Shown piece after piece: positions 8,878 through 16,410 of a stretch of DNA of 24,000 nt. The position numbers were made by a program, and so were the translations under genes. The DNA lies in NCBI RefSeq assembly GCF_049800675.1, contig NZ_JBLOOT010000001.1, positions 529,081 to 553,080 of the forward strand, given 5' to 3'. The DNA is from Novispirillum sp. DQ9 (GTDB lineage: Bacteria > Pseudomonadota > Alphaproteobacteria > Rhodospirillales > Rhodospirillaceae). The first letter of the stretch is position 1. Each line of letters opens with the position of its first letter. The notes under the pieces are model-generated. The model was not told the DNA's origin and made no database searches. It worked only from the letters and a program-made list of their open reading frames with translations.

Positions 8878-9189
8878 TTAGGCGGCGAAAGACTTGCCGC
8901 AACTGCACTTGCCCTCGGCATTGGGGTTCTCGAACTGGAAGCCCGAGCCGCCGATGCTTTCGACAAAGTCCAGCGTGGTGCCGGCGATCAGTGGGGCGCT
9001 GTCGCCGTCGATGAAGATGGACACTCCGTCGAGGTCGAGGACCGTGTCCCCCTCCTCCGCCGTGTGCACCAGACCCATGCGGTACTGGTAGCCGGCACAG
9101 CCCCCGGCCGAGACCATGATGCGCAGGCCGGCGGCCTCGCCCTTGACCTTGCGGATGGCGGCAATCGCCGCTGCGGTGACCTGGATCAT
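8878..9189 (-). CDS. iscA: nif-associated IscA/HesB-family Fe-S carrier, 103 aa
   Basis: [15 protein letters not shown]...C-terminal GKCSCGKSF is the HesB/IscA signature. GGAGGG precedes the ATG at 9187-9189. It is the first gene of the nifUSVW operon, equivalent to orf2 in the published Azospirillum arrangement as I recall it. Confidence 0.9.
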   Translation of the reverse strand: MIQVTAAAIAAIRKVKGEAAGLRIMVSAGGCAGYQYRMGLVHTAEEGDTVLDLDGVSIFIDGDSAPLIAGTTLDFVESIGGSGFQFENPNAEGKCSCGKSFAA

Positions 9190-9228
9190 GACAAAGCCCT
9201 CCATCGGGATGATCTCGATGGAGGGCTA

Positions 9229-9244
9229 AGCAAGCGGGGTGCCA
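9229..9244 (-). promoter_or_regulatory. Sigma54 promoter of iscA-nifUSVW
   Basis: The minus strand reads TGGCAC-CCCGC-TTGCT, a full match to TGGCAC-N5-TTGCW. It lies 40 nt upstream of the ATG at 9189. Confidence 0.88.
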
Positions 9245-9289
9245 ACGCTGGAAAGCGTTGATTCATATCAATCGGTGCGGTCGCCCCCC

Positions 9290-9305
9290 TGTCGCATCTG
9301 CGACA
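9290..9305. promoter_or_regulatory. NifA UAS 1 (TGT-N10-ACA)
   Basis: TGTCGCATCTGCGACA is centred roughly 80 nt upstream of the predicted start of transcription. Confidence 0.8.
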
Positions 9306-9308
9306 GCA

Positions 9309-9324
9309 TGTCGGGCATGCGACA
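9309..9324. promoter_or_regulatory. NifA UAS 2 (TGT-N10-ACA)
   Basis: TGTCGGGCATGCGACA lies 3 nt from UAS 1. The two centres are 19 nt apart. Confidence 0.8.
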
Positions 9325-9348
9325 GGGGGCGGCCGTGCCGAAAGCGCG

Positions 9349-10131
9349 TCAGACGCGCCCGCCCATGCGCCGGGTCAGGCCGCGCGCGGCCTCCAGCACG
9401 GCGCGCGCCGGCTCGCCTTCGGGCTGCGTGGAGAAGGCGCCGTGGTGGCCGAGCGCGGTGATGGCGGCGATCATGTCGCCGCGATGGTCGAAGACGGGGG
9501 CGGCCACCGCCGCCACGCCGGGCAGCAGCTGGCCGTCGACGATGGCCAGCCCGACCTCCCGCCCCTGCGCGCGGAGGACGGCGACGGCGGCGGCGTCCAG
9601 GCCGAGGGCATGGCGCTCCCGCTCGACGAAGGCGGCGATGCGGTGTTCGGGCATCCAGCACAGGAAGGCGCGGCCGGTGGCGGAGATCAGCAGCGGCAGG
9701 TTCTCGCCCAGGCGCACGTTGACGGTGACGGCGCGGCTGGCTTCTTCCCAGCGCACCACGGTGGGGCCGTTGTCGCCCCACACCGCCAGCACCACCGTCT
9801 CGTTCAGGCGATCGCGCAGGTCTTCCAGCGTGGTTGCCGCCAGCCGCACGATGTCCAGGCGCTGCAAGGCCGCCAGGCCGACACGCAGGGCCAGCCCGCC
9901 CAGGTCATAGCGCTGGGTTTCCGGGTTCTGTTCGACCAGGCCGGCGCGGCACAGGCTGACCAGATAGCGGTGCGCCTTGCCACCCGACATGCCCGCCGCC
10001 GCCGCCACCGCCTTCAGCGGCAGGGCGCCGGGGGCGCCGATGAAGGCCGCCAGCACGCGGGCGGCGGTTTCCACCGACCGCACCCCGGACTGCTGGTCCT
10101 TGTCGTCGGCGTCGTCGTCCGCAGCGGCCAT
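9349..10131 (-). CDS. IclR-family transcriptional regulator, 260 aa
   Basis: It has an N-terminal winged HTH (VRSVETAARVLAAF...LPLKAVAAAAGMSGGKAHRYLVSLCRAGLVEQ). It has a C-terminal IclR effector domain (GENLPLLISATGRAFL...DGQLLPGVAAVAAPVFD). The ATG at 10129-10131 follows GGGGAGGG. An acidic N-terminal tail, AAADDDADDKD, is present. Confidence 0.85.
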   Translation of the reverse strand: MAAADDDADDKDQQSGVRSVETAARVLAAFIGAPGALPLKAVAAAAGMSGGKAHRYLVSLCRAGLVEQNPETQRYDLGGLALRVGLAALQRLDIVRLAATTLEDLRDRLNETVVLAVWGDNGPTVVRWEEASRAVTVNVRLGENLPLLISATGRAFLCWMPEHRIAAFVERERHALGLDAAAVAVLRAQGREVGLAIVDGQLLPGVAAVAAPVFDHRGDMIAAITALGHHGAFSTQPEGEPARAVLEAARGLTRRMGGRV

Positions 10132-10308
10132 CGGGCCCTCCCCAGGTCGTGTGTTGACAGGCGAAGGCGCATACTCCGATATCGCCAAGTCCCGGCGCAA
10201 CGAGAAACGGGCGTCCGCCGCGCGGTCGGAAGCGCTTTACCCGGCGCGCGCGATTGGCCATCATCCCGGCCGACCTCAGCGCCCGGCCCGAAGGAGTGCA
10301 TCCCCACC

Positions 10309-10833
10309 ATGAGCGGCTCCCCCACCACCGCCACCCCGTCCCCGGAGTTCGACAGCCGCGCCTTCCGCGTTGCCCTGGGGGGCTTCGCCACCGGCGTCTG
10401 CGTGGTCACGGCGCGGGCCGAGGACGGCCGCCGCGTCGGCATGACCGTCAACTCATTTTCGTCGGTGTCGCTGGACCCGCCGCTGGTGCTGTGGAGCATC
10501 GGCCGCTCCTCGCAGAGCCTGCCGGTATTCACCACCGTGAAAAGCTGGGCGATCAACGTGCTGGCCGAGGATCAGGAGGCGCTGTCGAACGCCTTCGCCC
10601 GCCCCCCGCTGACAGCGGAAGGCGACCGCTTCGACGGCGTGCCCTGCACGGAGGGGCTGGGCGGCGCGCCCTTGCTGGACGGCACGGTGGCCCGCTTCCA
10701 GTGCACCACGGAGCACCTGTACGACGGCGGCGACCACGTCATCATCGTCGGCCGCGTGCTGGCCTTCGACCGGGTGGAAGGGGTGGCGCCGCTGCTGTTC
10801 GCCCTGGGCCGCTACGGACACCTGGCGCGCTGA
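10309..10833 (+). CDS. Flavin reductase-like (HpaC/NtaB-type FMN-binding split-barrel) protein, 174 aa
   Basis: FRVALGGFATGVCVVTA...GMTVNSFSSVSLDPPLVLWSI...GDHVIIVGRV is the flavin reductase domain pattern. AAGGAG lies 12 nt upstream of the ATG at 10309-10311. Only the last 174 codons of the long ORF 9442..10833 are credited. Confidence 0.85.
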   Translation: MSGSPTTATPSPEFDSRAFRVALGGFATGVCVVTARAEDGRRVGMTVNSFSSVSLDPPLVLWSIGRSSQSLPVFTTVKSWAINVLAEDQEALSNAFARPPLTAEGDRFDGVPCTEGLGGAPLLDGTVARFQCTTEHLYDGGDHVIIVGRVLAFDRVEGVAPLLFALGRYGHLAR

Positions 10834-11462
10834 GGCGCCGGGCCTGCTGATGCCGGGACGGCGGTGGGCGCGAAGACCAGCGAGTCCCCCTCCTCCCGGC
10901 TGAAGCACAGGCTGTAGTCGTCACAGGTTTCGCAGTTGGGGGACTTGCAGATGACCACGCCTTCAAGCTGGCAGAGGGTGCGATAGAAGAACTTCTTCCA
11001 CTTCATGTCGCCGGCGTTGAGGGCGACAAGGCCCGGAAAGTGGCGGCCCATCAGCGCCGACAGGTCGCCGCGATCGCGCAGGCCCAGGTCCTGCCACAGG
11101 TGGTTGGCGCCGGCGATGGACCGCCGGGCGATGATGTGGGCGAGCCAGCCTTCCTCGTCCGGGCGCTGGCCGGCGGCATGGCTCAGCAGCAGACGGCGGA
11201 GGTCGTCCTCCTCCAGGGCCATCTCCCCTTCGCCCTCGTCCTCGGCCATCCACGGCAGCAGGTCGAGGGCTGCGGGGAAATAGGCGGCGAACAGGGCGGC
11301 CAGGGCGTCCGGCGCCAGCCCCAGAGCGTGCGTCAGCGGCACGGCTGGAGGCTGGGCCGGCTCCCCACGGACCACGGCGATCACGCAGGCAAAGACGTGC
11401 CGGTCGACGTGCTCCCCCGAGACATCGCTCGACACGAGCCTGCGATACACCGTTTCCGTCAT
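10812..11462 (-). CDS. nifQ: NifQ (molybdenum processing for FeMo-co), 216 aa
   Basis: NHLWQDLGLRDRGDLSALM...MKWKKFFYRTLCQLEGVVICKSPNCETCDDYSLCF carries the NifQ C-terminal Cys motif. AAGGAGGG precedes the ATG at 11460-11462. The last 22 nt overlap the convergent flavin reductase gene. Confidence 0.9.
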   Translation of the reverse strand: MTETVYRRLVSSDVSGEHVDRHVFACVIAVVRGEPAQPPAVPLTHALGLAPDALAALFAAYFPAALDLLPWMAEDEGEGEMALEEDDLRRLLLSHAAGQRPDEEGWLAHIIARRSIAGANHLWQDLGLRDRGDLSALMGRHFPGLVALNAGDMKWKKFFYRTLCQLEGVVICKSPNCETCDDYSLCFSREEGDSLVFAPTAVPASAGPAPQRARCP

Positions 11463-11487
11463 GGTTCCCTCCTTCACCCTTCCCTCC

Positions 11488-11580
11488 CGTCACCCCCGCG
11501 CAGGCGGAGGCCCAGGGCCTTGGGGACAAGCCCCACGGCATGTTCCGCGGCCCTGGGGTCCCGCTTTCGCGGGAACGACG
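11488..11580. repeat. Composite palindromic REP/MITE-like element in the nifQ leader
   Basis: Unit 1 is CGTCACCCCCGCGCAGGCGGAGGCCCAGGG (11488-11517). The reverse complement of unit 2 (11551-11580, CCCTGGGGTCCCGCTTTCGCGGGAACGACG) matches it at 22 of 30 positions by manual alignment. Each unit has its own small hairpin, for example TCCCGC-TTTC-GCGGGA. It resembles the short cgtc..cccgcg...gcggg palindromic repeats common in alphaproteobacterial intergenic DNA. Confidence 0.55.
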
Positions 11581-11651
11581 GCAGGGTGGGCCGGCGGGGA
11601 AACTGGTCAGCTCGACGAGCTGGACGGCGCGCCCCAAATTCCATCGGGGGC

Positions 11652-11709
11652 CGCGCGGCCCCTGCCGCGTAAGCCAAGCGGCCGGAGGCCGCGCCCGGCG
11701 TCTGAGGGC
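11652..11709 (-). repeat. GC-rich REP-like element, copy B (inverted relative to copy A)
   Basis: Its reverse complement, GCCCTCAGACGCCGGGCGCGGCCTCCGGCCGCTTGGCTTACGCGGCAGGGGCCGCGCG, aligns with 1035-1092. The hairpin GCGGCC-GGA-GGCCGC at 11678-11692 sits at the same place as the copy A hairpin. It starts 7 nt after the ferredoxin III stop. Confidence 0.75.
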
Positions 11710-11715
11710 GGCGGC

Positions 11716-12012
11716 TTAAGCCGCCAGCCCTTCGGCGCCGTGCTTCTGGGCGTTGGTGCCGCAGACCTTTTCGCAGGAGCCGCAGCCGATGCAGTCGCCG
11801 GCATTCTTGACGATCATGATCTTGCGTTCGATGTCCTCGTCCTCGTCGAACGGGTCGCACAGTTCGCCGTCGTCGTTGACGCCCATCAGTTCCATGACGC
11901 CGCGCGTGCAGACCTTGAAGCAGCGGCCGCAGCCGATGCACAGCTTCTCGTCGATGGACAGCAGGTAGTCGGGGGTCCACGGCGTGCCGCCGCGGGTCAG
12001 GAATTCGCCCAT
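11716..12012 (-). CDS. fdxB: nif-specific ferredoxin III, 2[4Fe-4S], 98 aa
   Basis: It has two Cys clusters, CIGCGRCFKVC and CIGCGSCEKVC, separated by an acidic insert. It occupies the nifENX-orf-orf-fdx-nifQ position, called fdxB in Rhodobacter capsulatus and fdxA in Azospirillum brasilense. GAAGGA lies upstream of the ATG at 12010-12012. Confidence 0.9.
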   Translation of the reverse strand: MGEFLTRGGTPWTPDYLLSIDEKLCIGCGRCFKVCTRGVMELMGVNDDGELCDPFDEDEDIERKIMIVKNAGDCIGCGSCEKVCGTNAQKHGAEGLAA

Positions 12013-12040
12013 GTCTCAGATCCTTCGTTGGTTTTTTTGG

Positions 12041-12241
12041 TCAGCCGCCGGCGGCCTTGAGCGCGGCGCGCGCCTCGGTCAGGTCGCGGTAGGCGTCGTA
12101 GGTCTCCTGGGCCACCGTCAGGATGTTTTCCCAGTTGACCGGCAGTTCCTCGGACAGGTCGTGAAGGTCCATCTTCTTGGCGGTCGCCCGCCCGGACAGC
12201 TTCTTGACCTTCTCCTTGAGGGTGTCGAGGTCGTCGCTCAC
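12041..12241 (-). CDS. Small nif-cluster protein, DUF683 / CCE_0567-like, 66 aa
   Basis: [48 protein letters not shown] matches the KMDLHDL.E.LP..W pattern of this family, recalled from memory. The GTG start at 12239-12241 overlaps the upstream TGA stop (GTGA) and follows GGGAGAGGGG. Confidence 0.75.
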   Translation of the reverse strand: MSDDLDTLKEKVKKLSGRATAKKMDLHDLSEELPVNWENILTVAQETYDAYRDLTEARAALKAAGG

Positions 12242-12723
12242 GGCCCCTCTCCCTGCGCCACCGCCGGATAGGCGTCGATCCAGGCGACCGCGTCGTCGAC
12301 GATCTTCTGGCCGCCCTCGGCCAGCTTGGCGAGGCTCTCGAAGCCGAAGCGGTGGACGTCGCGCAGGTGCTTGTTGACCACCACCAGACGGCCGGCGGTC
12401 AGCATCATGCGGCCGAAGCCCTCGTGGCTCATCTTCATCATCGGGCTGGCGATGATGCCGGTGCGGCGCTCCACCGCCAGGCCGACGGCGGCGTAGTACA
12501 GTTCGATGCGCCACAGCACGTCGGGATCGGGGTCGCCGATGATGGGGATCTGCTTGCGCATCTCCTTGGTCACGATGAACGGCTTGAGCAGTTCCGCGTC
12601 GGGCTTGCCCTCCCAGGAGCCATAGGTGTCCTGGGCGCGGATCTGCTTGATGAGTTCGATGACGAAGGGCGACTTCAGCGCCTCGGCGTCTTCGGGCGAA
12701 AGGTCAATGACGGCGGTTGCCAT
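12238..12723 (-). CDS. NifX-associated nitrogen fixation protein (DUF269), 161 aa
   Basis: [37 protein letters not shown]...[23 protein letters not shown]...[11 protein letters not shown] is typical of the DUF269 protein found after nifX. AGGAGGGG precedes the ATG at 12721-12723. Confidence 0.88.
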   Translation of the reverse strand: MATAVIDLSPEDAEALKSPFVIELIKQIRAQDTYGSWEGKPDAELLKPFIVTKEMRKQIPIIGDPDPDVLWRIELYYAAVGLAVERRTGIIASPMMKMSHEGFGRMMLTAGRLVVVNKHLRDVHRFGFESLAKLAEGGQKIVDDAVAWIDAYPAVAQGEGP

Positions 12724-12736
12724 GGGAAAACCCCTC

Positions 12737-13231
12737 CTACGCTTCGTCGTCTTCAAGGAAATCGAGATTGCCCGCCTGCCCGGCGAGCATGGCCTTGCGC
12801 AGCCACGGGGGCGGCGCCTGCATCATCGCCTGTACGCGGACGATGACGTCGGCGATGGCCTCCTCGGCGGGCAGCTTCACGGGGTGGACGTCGCGGCGCA
12901 CCACCTTGGCCGCCGCCGGGCCGCCGATGGCCTTGACGAACAGGATGGCGCAGCCGTCCAGGGCGGCCAGACGGGCCTCGATGCGGCTGTCGCCGTCATC
13001 GTCGTGCTTGCCGCCCTCGCTGGAGGCATTGTCGAACTGCACGGCCTTCAGGAAGGTCGCGTCGTCCTGGCCGACCTCCCACACCGCGATGGTGCGGGCG
13101 CCCGCGAAGTGGGCGTTGACGGACTTCATGTCGTTGGTGGTGAAGGCGATCTTCATGCGGCCTCCCTTGACCGGCCCGCGGTCCAGGGCGACCGACTCAT
13201 CCTCAACCAGACGCAGTGTGCGAGCCGGCAT
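12737..13231 (-). CDS. nifX: NifX (FeMo-co precursor carrier), 164 aa, start uncertain
   Basis: [28 protein letters not shown]...[20 protein letters not shown] is the NifX/NifB-C-terminal-like dinitrogenase cofactor-binding domain. Two candidate starts each have an RBS. ATG 13229-13231 (AAGGGGAG upstream) gives an RLVEDE-type N-terminal extension and overlaps nifN by 29 nt. ATG 13154-13156 (AGGGAGG upstream) gives 139 aa. Confidence 0.85.
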   Translation of the reverse strand: MPARTLRLVEDESVALDRGPVKGGRMKIAFTTNDMKSVNAHFAGARTIAVWEVGQDDATFLKAVQFDNASSEGGKHDDDGDSRIEARLAALDGCAILFVKAIGGPAAAKVVRRDVHPVKLPAEEAIADVIVRVQAMMQAPPPWLRKAMLAGQAGNLDFLEDDEA

Positions 13232-14558
13232 GGCCGTTCTCCCCTTCGTGCTCGTGATCCATGGATTCAAGAAACAGGTTGGCGACCTCGAACACCCGGT
13301 CGCGGGTGCCGCGATAGCCCACCGCGACGCGGTGCTGGCTGCCGATGCGGTCGAAGCTGGGAAAGCCCATGCGATAGAGCGGGATGCCCAGCCGGGCCGA
13401 GGCCTGGCGGCCATGGGCATGCGTCACCAGCAGGTCGCAGCCGGCGGCCTTGGCGCCGAGTTCCAGATCCTCCAGGTCGCCCACCGTCACCGCCGGGGCC
13501 GGCACCTCGACCAGTTCGGGCGTCGACACGGTGGAGACCACCACCGGCAGGGTGGCCCCGAGGCCGTGAAACAGCCTCGCCCAGGGCAGCAGCAGGTCTG
13601 GCTCGGCGGCCAGGGCCACTGTCTTGCCGCCGTAGTAGAAGTGGCTGTCGAGTAGCGCGTCGACCACCTGGCTGCGCTGGCGGCGCAGGCGCGGCGGGAT
13701 GGGCCGGCCGGAGATCTCCGCCAGGGCGACCATCAGCGCATCGGCGTTCGCCAGCCCCAGCGGCAGTTCCAGAAGGCGGCCCGGCACGCCGGTCCGCGCC
13801 TCCAGCACCTCCGCCGGGCGGCGCATGGACGGGCCGATGGCGATGGTGGCGACGGAAGCGCCCAGCCGCGCCATCTCCTCCAGCGTCGTGCCGCCGTAGC
13901 TGGTGCCCTGGTAGGCGTCCGGCACGTGGCCATCCAGCGAGCCCGACAGGTCGGGCAGGACGATGGCCTCCAGGCCGAAGGCGGCGCAGATGTCGCGCAG
14001 TTCCTCGATGTCGCCGGGCGTCAGGGCGCTGGAGGCCAGGATGGTGATCTGGTCGGCCTGCGTCGGCAGGCGGCCTTCGGGGGTGAAGGCCTCGATCAGC
14101 GCCGTCACCGCGACGGCCCAGCCTTCCTGGAGGCCGCCCACGTAGTCGGGCGTGGCGGCGAAGCACACGCCGACGTCGTCCAACTCCGGGTTGCGGGCCT
14201 TGAGGAGCTTCAGCTCCGGCCCGACGTCCTCGCCGCGCGTCTCGGTCAGGCCCGTCGAGCAGATGCCGATCAGCTTGGGCTTGGCCCGCTTGGCGATGGT
14301 GACGAGCGCCTGCTCTACGTGGTCCATGCCGCCGAGGATGGTGGAGATCTCGTTCATGGCCGTGGTCTGGACCGGGATGGCCTCGCGGAAGTGGCGGACC
14401 ATCAGGACCATGGCGAAGGCCGTGCAGCCCTGCGAGCCGTGGAACAGCGGCTGGCAGCCTTCCATGCCCAGATAGGCCATGGCCGCGCCCAGCGGGGCCG
14501 AGGACTTCAGCGGATTGACCGAGGCCGCCTTGCGGCTGGGCGAGACGAGCGCGTTCAT
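13203..14558 (-). CDS. nifN: NifN (FeMo-co biosynthesis scaffold beta), 451 aa
   Basis: KAASVNPLKSSAPLGAAMAYLGMEGCQPLFHGSQGCTAFAMVLMVRHFREAIPVQTTAM is the conserved NifN N-terminus. The ATG at 14556-14558 overlaps the nifE TGA (ATGA). Confidence 0.95.
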   Translation of the reverse strand: MNALVSPSRKAASVNPLKSSAPLGAAMAYLGMEGCQPLFHGSQGCTAFAMVLMVRHFREAIPVQTTAMNEISTILGGMDHVEQALVTIAKRAKPKLIGICSTGLTETRGEDVGPELKLLKARNPELDDVGVCFAATPDYVGGLQEGWAVAVTALIEAFTPEGRLPTQADQITILASSALTPGDIEELRDICAAFGLEAIVLPDLSGSLDGHVPDAYQGTSYGGTTLEEMARLGASVATIAIGPSMRRPAEVLEARTGVPGRLLELPLGLANADALMVALAEISGRPIPPRLRRQRSQVVDALLDSHFYYGGKTVALAAEPDLLLPWARLFHGLGATLPVVVSTVSTPELVEVPAPAVTVGDLEDLELGAKAAGCDLLVTHAHGRQASARLGIPLYRMGFPSFDRIGSQHRVAVGYRGTRDRVFEVANLFLESMDHEHEGENGHAGSHTASG

Positions 14559-15955
14559 GGCTGCGCCTCCCTCTCCCACGGCGCGGGCGCCCTCACCTGC
14601 GCCCAGACGGGATTGTTCACCGCCAGCTCCATGCGCTTGACCAGTTCGACCATGCCGTCGTAGCCGGCGTAGGCGTAGAGGCGTTCCTGGTTGATATCCA
14701 GCCAGGGGGTGCGGGCCTTCAGCGCCACGAACTGGGTGCGGCCGCCCGACAGCATGATGTCGGCCTCGCCCTCGCGCAGCATGCGGTACATTTCCGGGTT
14801 GGGGATGGCCTGGACCAGGGCGTCCTCGTTGCCTTCGAGCAGGTCCAGGGCCTTGGCCTTGTCGGTTTCCGTCGCCTTGCGGACAGAGGTGCGCACGACC
14901 TCCATGCCCATCTCGTGCAGGGCCGAGACAACCGACCACGTCTTGTGGCCGCCGGTGTAGAGCAGCACCTTGCGGCCCTTGAGGCGTTCGGCATGCGGGC
15001 GGATGCGATCCCAGCAGCGGGCTTCCTCGCGGGCGATCAGGGCCTCGGTGCGGTCGATCAGGTCGGGGGCGGCGCCCTGCTGCACGCACAGGCGGGCGAT
15101 GTCGCGCAGGGCGGCGGAGGTGTCCTCGATGCCGTAGAAGCTGCCCTCGAAGTACGGAATGCCCCAGCGCTCCTGCATCTTGCGGGCGACGTTGATCATC
15201 GCCTGGCCGCACAGCAGCATGTTGACGCTGGCCCGGTGGGCCATGGTCAGGTCGCGGTAGCGGGCGTCGCCGGTGATGCCGGCACGGATGCGGATGCCCA
15301 GTTCGTCCAGCAGCGGGATGATCTGCCCCAGCTCGCCGACGAGGTTGTATTCACCGATGAGGTTGATGTCGGTGGGGCGGATGTCGGCCGGGTCGGGCTC
15401 GGCCGTGCCGATGACGTAGTCGAGCAGCGTCTCCCCGGCCAGCTTGTTGCCGAGGTTCTTGGACCCCACGAAGCCGGGCGCGTCCACGGGAATGACCGGA
15501 GTGCCGAGCTTTTCGCTGGCGACGGCGCAGACCTTCTTGACGTCGTCGCCGATCAGCGCCGGGACGCAGGTCTGGTAGACGAACACGGCCGGAGGATCAT
15601 ACTTGGCGATGATCTCCTTGATGGCCTTCCACAGCTTCTTCTCGCCGCCGTGGATGACGTCGAGTTCCGACAGGTCTGTCGTGAAACCGACACGGTAGAG
15701 TTCGGAACCCGACGACGCGGAGTGACGGTTGTCCCAGGCATTGCCCTCGCAGGCGATCGGCCCATGGACCAGATGCGCCACGTCGACAATGGGCTGAAGG
15801 GCGATCTTGGCACCGTCAAAGGCACAGCCACCGGCCGCGGCCCCAGGCTGCAAGCCCTTGATCGCACAGCCCTTCTTCTTTTCCGCGGCGGTCTTGGCCT
15901 GGTTGGTCGCACAACCCGGCTCATTGAACACGTCCGCCAACTTCTCCTTGAGCAT
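14555..15955 (-). CDS. nifE: NifE (FeMo-co biosynthesis scaffold alpha), 466 aa
   Basis: FNEPGCATNQAK...GCAFDGAKIALQPIVDVAHLVHGPIACEGNAWDNR is the NifE/NifD-like signature. GGAGGA precedes the ATG at 15953-15955. The upstream extension to 16045 runs through the promoter. Confidence 0.95.
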   Translation of the reverse strand: MLKEKLADVFNEPGCATNQAKTAAEKKKGCAIKGLQPGAAAGGCAFDGAKIALQPIVDVAHLVHGPIACEGNAWDNRHSASSGSELYRVGFTTDLSELDVIHGGEKKLWKAIKEIIAKYDPPAVFVYQTCVPALIGDDVKKVCAVASEKLGTPVIPVDAPGFVGSKNLGNKLAGETLLDYVIGTAEPDPADIRPTDINLIGEYNLVGELGQIIPLLDELGIRIRAGITGDARYRDLTMAHRASVNMLLCGQAMINVARKMQERWGIPYFEGSFYGIEDTSAALRDIARLCVQQGAAPDLIDRTEALIAREEARCWDRIRPHAERLKGRKVLLYTGGHKTWSVVSALHEMGMEVVRTSVRKATETDKAKALDLLEGNEDALVQAIPNPEMYRMLREGEADIMLSGGRTQFVALKARTPWLDINQERLYAYAGYDGMVELVKRMELAVNNPVWAQVRAPAPWEREAQP

Positions 15956-15999
15956 CCCGGTCCTCCGCTGATGGGGGAGATGGAGGGTGTGGGATGCTA

Positions 16000-16015
16000 T
16001 GCAGGAGGTGTGCCA
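16000..16015 (-). promoter_or_regulatory. Sigma54 promoter of the nifENX...nifQ operon
   Basis: The minus strand reads TGGCAC-ACCTC-CTGCA with correct GG/GC spacing. It lies about 45 nt upstream of the nifE ATG. Confidence 0.7.
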
Positions 16016-16119
16016 GGGTGGGACGGACCGGCGGCGATAGCACAACCTATGGCCGTTTTATAGCATGCGATTCGGCAGGAATGCCGGTTGCCTCCTGATA
16101 CGTTACAGGTTACATTTCC

Positions 16120-16398
16120 ATGATCATCGGTTTCCGCCACAAGGGCCTGAAGCTCCGCTACGACACTGGCGACCGGCGGCGCGTGCCGTCGGAGTATGCC
16201 GGCAAGATCGAGCGCGTGCTGGCGCGTCTGGACGTGGCGACGGTGCCGGAGGACATGAACCTTCCCGGCTTTCGGCTCCATCCGCTGAAGGGCGGGCTCG
16301 CCGGGTTTTGGGCAGTGAGCGTTTCGGGCAACTGGCGCGTCATCTTCCGCTTCGACGGTGCCCATGCCTGCGACGTCGATCTGGTCGACTACCACTAG
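16120..16398 (+). CDS. higB: HigB-type toxin (RelE/ParE superfamily, plasmid maintenance killer protein), 92 aa
   Basis: MIIGFRHKGLKL...LHPLKGGLAGFWAVSVSGNWRVIFRFDGAHACDVDLVDYH aligns along its length with my recollection of Proteus vulgaris HigB (MIKSFKHKGLK...LHPLKGDREGYWSITV..NWRITFQF...YEDYH). The toxin-first order is typical of higBA. Confidence 0.9.
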   Translation: MIIGFRHKGLKLRYDTGDRRRVPSEYAGKIERVLARLDVATVPEDMNLPGFRLHPLKGGLAGFWAVSVSGNWRVIFRFDGAHACDVDLVDYH

Positions 16399-16410
16399 GA
16401 GGACCACCCC

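Noticed and set aside
10154-10183. A sigma70-like promoter for the flavin reductase gene: a perfect TTGACA plus GATATC after 18 nt
   Set aside because: The -10 candidate matches TATAAT at only 3 of 6 positions. It is mentioned in a finding but is not strong enough to list as a feature.
9442-10308. The upstream 289 codons of ORF 9442..10833 +, in frame with the flavin reductase
   Set aside because: This part is antisense to the IclR gene and has shadow-frame composition. The flavin reductase domain begins at the ATG at 10309, which has an AAGGAG RBS.
11500-11514. Sigma54-like GG-N10-GC matches upstream of nifQ: TGGGCCTCCGCCTGC (minus strand, 11500-11514) and TGGAATTTGGGGCGC (11629-11643)
   Set aside because: Only the GG/GC dinucleotides and their spacing fit. 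The first match lies inside a dispersed-repeat unit, there is no NifA UAS nearby, and such matches are expected by chance in GC-rich DNA. I have kept them in mind as a possible weak internal promoter only.
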